The notes under the pieces are model-generated. The model was not told where the DNA came from. It made no database searches and saw only the letters and a list, made by a program, of their open reading frames with translations. This document shows positions 60,240 to 64,000 of a stretch of 64,000 bases of DNA, piece by piece (position 1 is the stretch's first letter; each line of letters starts with the position of its first letter). The position numbers and the translations under genes are program-made. The stretch is from NCBI GenBank assembly GCA_951406725.2, contig OX597829.1:33604001-33668000 (forward strand). Reading direction: 5' to 3'. The DNA comes from Octopus vulgaris. Taxonomy: Eukaryota.

Positions 60240-61383
60240 CCACAAACACCACAGTTATCAAGATAGTCTGTTAAAAGGGCATGGTAAAAACATTCCTTTT
60301 GTTCATCTGCCAATCCTGATTGAGGAACCTGATTGGAGGAACATAGGCAGTAGAGGTAAAAGTTACTGCTATATTTTCCAAAACTAGTCTCAGCTTAATT
60401 ATTCTATTGCACACTCTGACTATATTGGTTACTTTATCTGGCCATTTTTCTGCTAAAATATGCCCACATCAGCTGCAGTATAACTATTGTCTATCCAGAA
60501 AAATTTATACTTATGTTCTTTGTCCCGAGGAATCTGGCTGAGGTTGCCTCCATCTTACCTTTTGCTCACAGCACACATTTACACGTCTCAATTCTAACAC
60601 TTCAACACTCACTAGTCCTATCTTTCATTGTGCCTATGTTGATTGTGATACACACAAATATAAATAAACACAGTAAAGCCAAATGCAGAGTGGGATAGAA
60701 CCAAGATCATAAAGGTAGATGAGAGCTGTATGGAAGCCTGTTTGGTGAATTGTGCCTGTACTTTAAAGATAACAATCTTGTCACACACTATCATACTGAA
60801 CTTGTCTCAGAATTACCTTAAGTGTACACATTTCTGTGGAATGCTCAGTCACTTATGCATTAATTCAGTGAGCAGATAATTTAGTTGATTGAACAAGTGA
60901 ATCTGCATTATTGAATGACAGAAATATGACATACCATGCATACACACATATCCTGATTTTTCCTGCTTTGTTTTCTGCTTTTCAGGCTAATGGTTACATT
61001 GCATCGGAAGCATTGGTACAACAAAAAATAGAGAGGGCCTTTAGTCTTACAGGGAAAAAGGCAACCACGCCCTAGTATTAATGTCATATTAAATTGTCCC
61101 AGCACATTCTGTAAAGTGTTTGATGACTGAGTCAAGAGGATATAGAGTCAACGGTCACTGTAACCTTGTTGAAGACATGATAAAATGCATTCAGTAGTTT
61201 TTGTAATGTAGCTGGTGATAGAAGAGCATTCAGCTATAGAAATTAAGCCAAAAATGTAATGTTACAAGGGCATTAACACCAAATAAAAACTGACTCAGAT
61301 TGTCAGGATCTGTCCAATCAATGCCAGTGTGGAAAAGCAGAAAAGCAGGTATAAAGTAATGATATATACATACATACATACAT

Positions 61384-61440
<57 letters not shown>

Positions 61441-61579
61441 CACGTATATACATATGTATGTTGCATACATGTATAAATATGCGTGTATTTATGTATAAGT
61501 GTATATGTGTGTATGTGTGTGTATATATAAATATATACATTTATATATATATATGTGCTTACATATATACATACACTAT

Positions 61580-61722
61580 ATTCTTTTATTCTTTTACTTG
61601 TTTTGGTCATTTGACTGTGGCCATGCTGGAACACCACTTAAAGATTTTTAGTCAAAGAAACCAACCCCAGGACTTATTCTTTGTAAGCCTAGTACTTATT
61701 CTGTCAGTCTCTTTTGCCAAAT
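61580..61722 (-). mobile_element. SINE 3' half with a CR1-like tail
   Basis: Minus strand ...gtggtgttccagcatggccacagtcaaatgaccaaaacaagtaaaagaataaaagaa. Confidence 0.85.
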
Positions 61723-61873
61723 AATAAACAAATACAGGAGTACATATTCATAAATGAAACATCCCCAGTACTAAATAGGAGATATACATAGAAGGTAGTG
61801 ATACCCCAATGCCTACAGTTTATACATACACTGGTAGATTTGTTAGTAGGCTGTTATGTAGACGTATGTGTGC

Positions 61874-61914
<41 letters not shown>

Positions 61915-61996
61915 TGTCTGTCTGAATTACCTATGTACCTATTTATCTACTTATCTATCAGTTTACTTACATATTCATTCATCTACTTACATGTAT

Positions 61997-62139
<143 letters not shown>

Positions 62140-62659
62140 TAGATGAATGAATATGTAAGTAGATAGGTACTTAAGTAATTCAAACAGACAAGTGCACATA
62201 TGCACACACACACATACACAAATACACACATAAAAGAAGACTGAGACATGTGACCATACACACACACACACTTCACTCACATACACAAGGACACATACGG
62301 AAACAAACATCTATGCATAACAGACGTATGTACGTAGTCACATAAACACATACACATAAATACACTCAAACATGCACACACAAGGAGACAGAGGTACATA
62401 TAAGTAGATGAATGAATATGTAAGTATTTGGCAAAAGAGACTGACAGAATAAGTACACACACATGCACACACACACACATACACACGCACACTCACACAC
62501 ACACATGCACACACACACAAATACACAAACATGAATGCACAAACACATGAATATGCAGAATACATGCAAATGTGCAGACATGTATACATATATATATATG
62601 TGCATACACACACACATGCATAGATACATACACACACATACATTCATACATACATACAT

Positions 62660-63450
62660 AACCACCAAGTGTCGAAGTCCATCCCTTGACCAACTTTGCA
62701 TACATGAGGCTGATAACGTCATAAGACTTTGAAGGCAGCTCCTTGAGCAACACTCTTTGTGTGATAATCTAGAATACATGCCGAAAGAAGTCGCACGACA
62801 CTACCGCAACATATTAGATGAAAGGATGAGCCTATATTTGCAGAAGACTATGCATGGATGTGTAAGTAGAAAGCTCCATGATGATAATAACATTGATCAT
62901 CAAAGCAGTCTATCATGGACCAATAGCAGATTACTACCTCCTACTTTGAAGGGTATGGAAATATCAACCAAGTACCTGATGCACAAAAAGAACAGAGATG
63001 TGGGAAAAGCCATAAATGTAATAACCAATGAGGACTTTGTGGAGTTCACACTGAAGATATCCCCCATATCATAAACAGTTGTCCGAAAATGTCATCACTG
63101 TATTATCTACTGATGAGACATGATGTAGCTATAATGAAATCTGTCGGAAGGATAATCCTGAGGACAAAGAAATAAAAACCCACAATATGGCAGAAGCCAT
63201 AGCCTCTCATAATGAAAAGGAATACTGGTGGAATGTACCAGTGTAGACCTCAATAAAGTGTACGCATAGCAGATCTGATATAATGATTTGGGATAGAGAA
63301 GAAAAACTCTGCACAGTGGCCGAAATTAGCTGCCCAGCAGATGTTAACATAAAGCTGAAGATGAGTGAAAAAGAGAACAACTACGCTGAACTACTGAGAA
63401 ATCTGCAGTTACTCTATACAGATTACAAGTTCAGGTTTATACCTGTAATG
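62660..63450 (+). mobile_element. R4/Dong-type (restriction-like endonuclease) non-LTR element, decayed C-terminal fragment
   Basis: LCGVHTEDIPHIINSCP CCHC remnant and RHD motif (~63035-63125); DIMIWDREEKLCTVAEISCP...EKENNY (63283-63465). Confidence 0.8.
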
Positions 63451-63961
63451 TGTTGCCGTCCATGATAAAGAAATTTTGAATGCTTGCCATGGTGAGTCTA
63501 CTGTCGTGAGAAAGAATCACTTCAAAGCTTGGTGTTTAGGAATTTTCTTTTACATCAAGTTCAAAATTTTACGCCAGCCGTTAAACTGCCACTACGTTGC
63601 TGTCCATTGTTAAGAAATGCCAGCCATGGTGACTCTACTATCCTCAGATTCTATCCCTTCAAACTTTGGTTTCCAGTATTTTATTATTTTTATTCAGCTC
63701 GCAAGTTCGTCTGTCCCTTTTAAATGTTAGTGTTTTGCTGTCTGCCTTGAAGCAGACCTTTCCGTTGCCACTGCCTGATATTTATGATTCATCTTTCTAA
63801 ATATTTTATTTCTCAACTTACTCAAGATCTTTTGTTGTTTATAAATGGGAGAGAGATAGATAAAGATAGAGAGTAAGAGAAAGCGAGGGAGAGTCCGAGA
63901 GAAAGGAAGAGTAAGAGAGTGGGAAAGTGAGAGAGAAAGGAGAGAGAAACAAAGAGGGAGA

Positions 63962-64000
63962 ATCATCATCATCATCATCATCATTGTTTAACGTCCGTTT
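63962..64000 (-). mobile_element. (ATC)n tail of another RTE-tail/SINE copy, cut by the window edge
   Basis: Matches 8122-8150. Confidence 0.8.

Larger units (their letters stand above)
56220..60660 (-). mobile_element. Old near-full-length RTE LINE interrupted by a SINE, a templated insert and a Gypsy relic
   Basis: INIGTMKDR (~60640), KFFW and RIIKLRLV (60250-60510), GHTSHIEY (~58480), RQLKKKYLA (57286-57471), ADELV (~57040), KGLSLRMK (~56570). Confidence 0.8.

Overview
Eukaryotic, AT-rich, repeat-saturated non-coding window. The repeat families resemble those I recall from octopus/cephalopod genomes (inference, not searched). No host protein-coding exon can be supported. About 27 kb (7-48 kb) consists of huge compound (TA)/(CA) microsatellite arrays, which generate all the long H/I/Y/T and C/V/Y/M ORFs; these are artefacts. 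Inserted in and around the arrays are two CR1-like LINEs lying tail-to-tail, many RTE LINE fragments, several SINE families, Helentron/DINE-type elements, a hAT relic, a Gypsy relic nested in an RTE, and an R4/Dong-type RLE fragment. The most interesting signal is a set of minimal type I hammerhead ribozyme motifs with palindromic stem III, the architecture known from Penelope pLTRs. One has an intact core and an 89-nt three-helix stem II (21958-22073). They co-occur with ~300-bp fold-back palindromes and with no recognisable Penelope ORF. Also visible: a LINE/SINE shared 3' stem-loop with compensatory changes, a structured RTE 5' leader, a 145-bp inverted templated insertion, and a possible minus-strand first exon near 54.2 kb.
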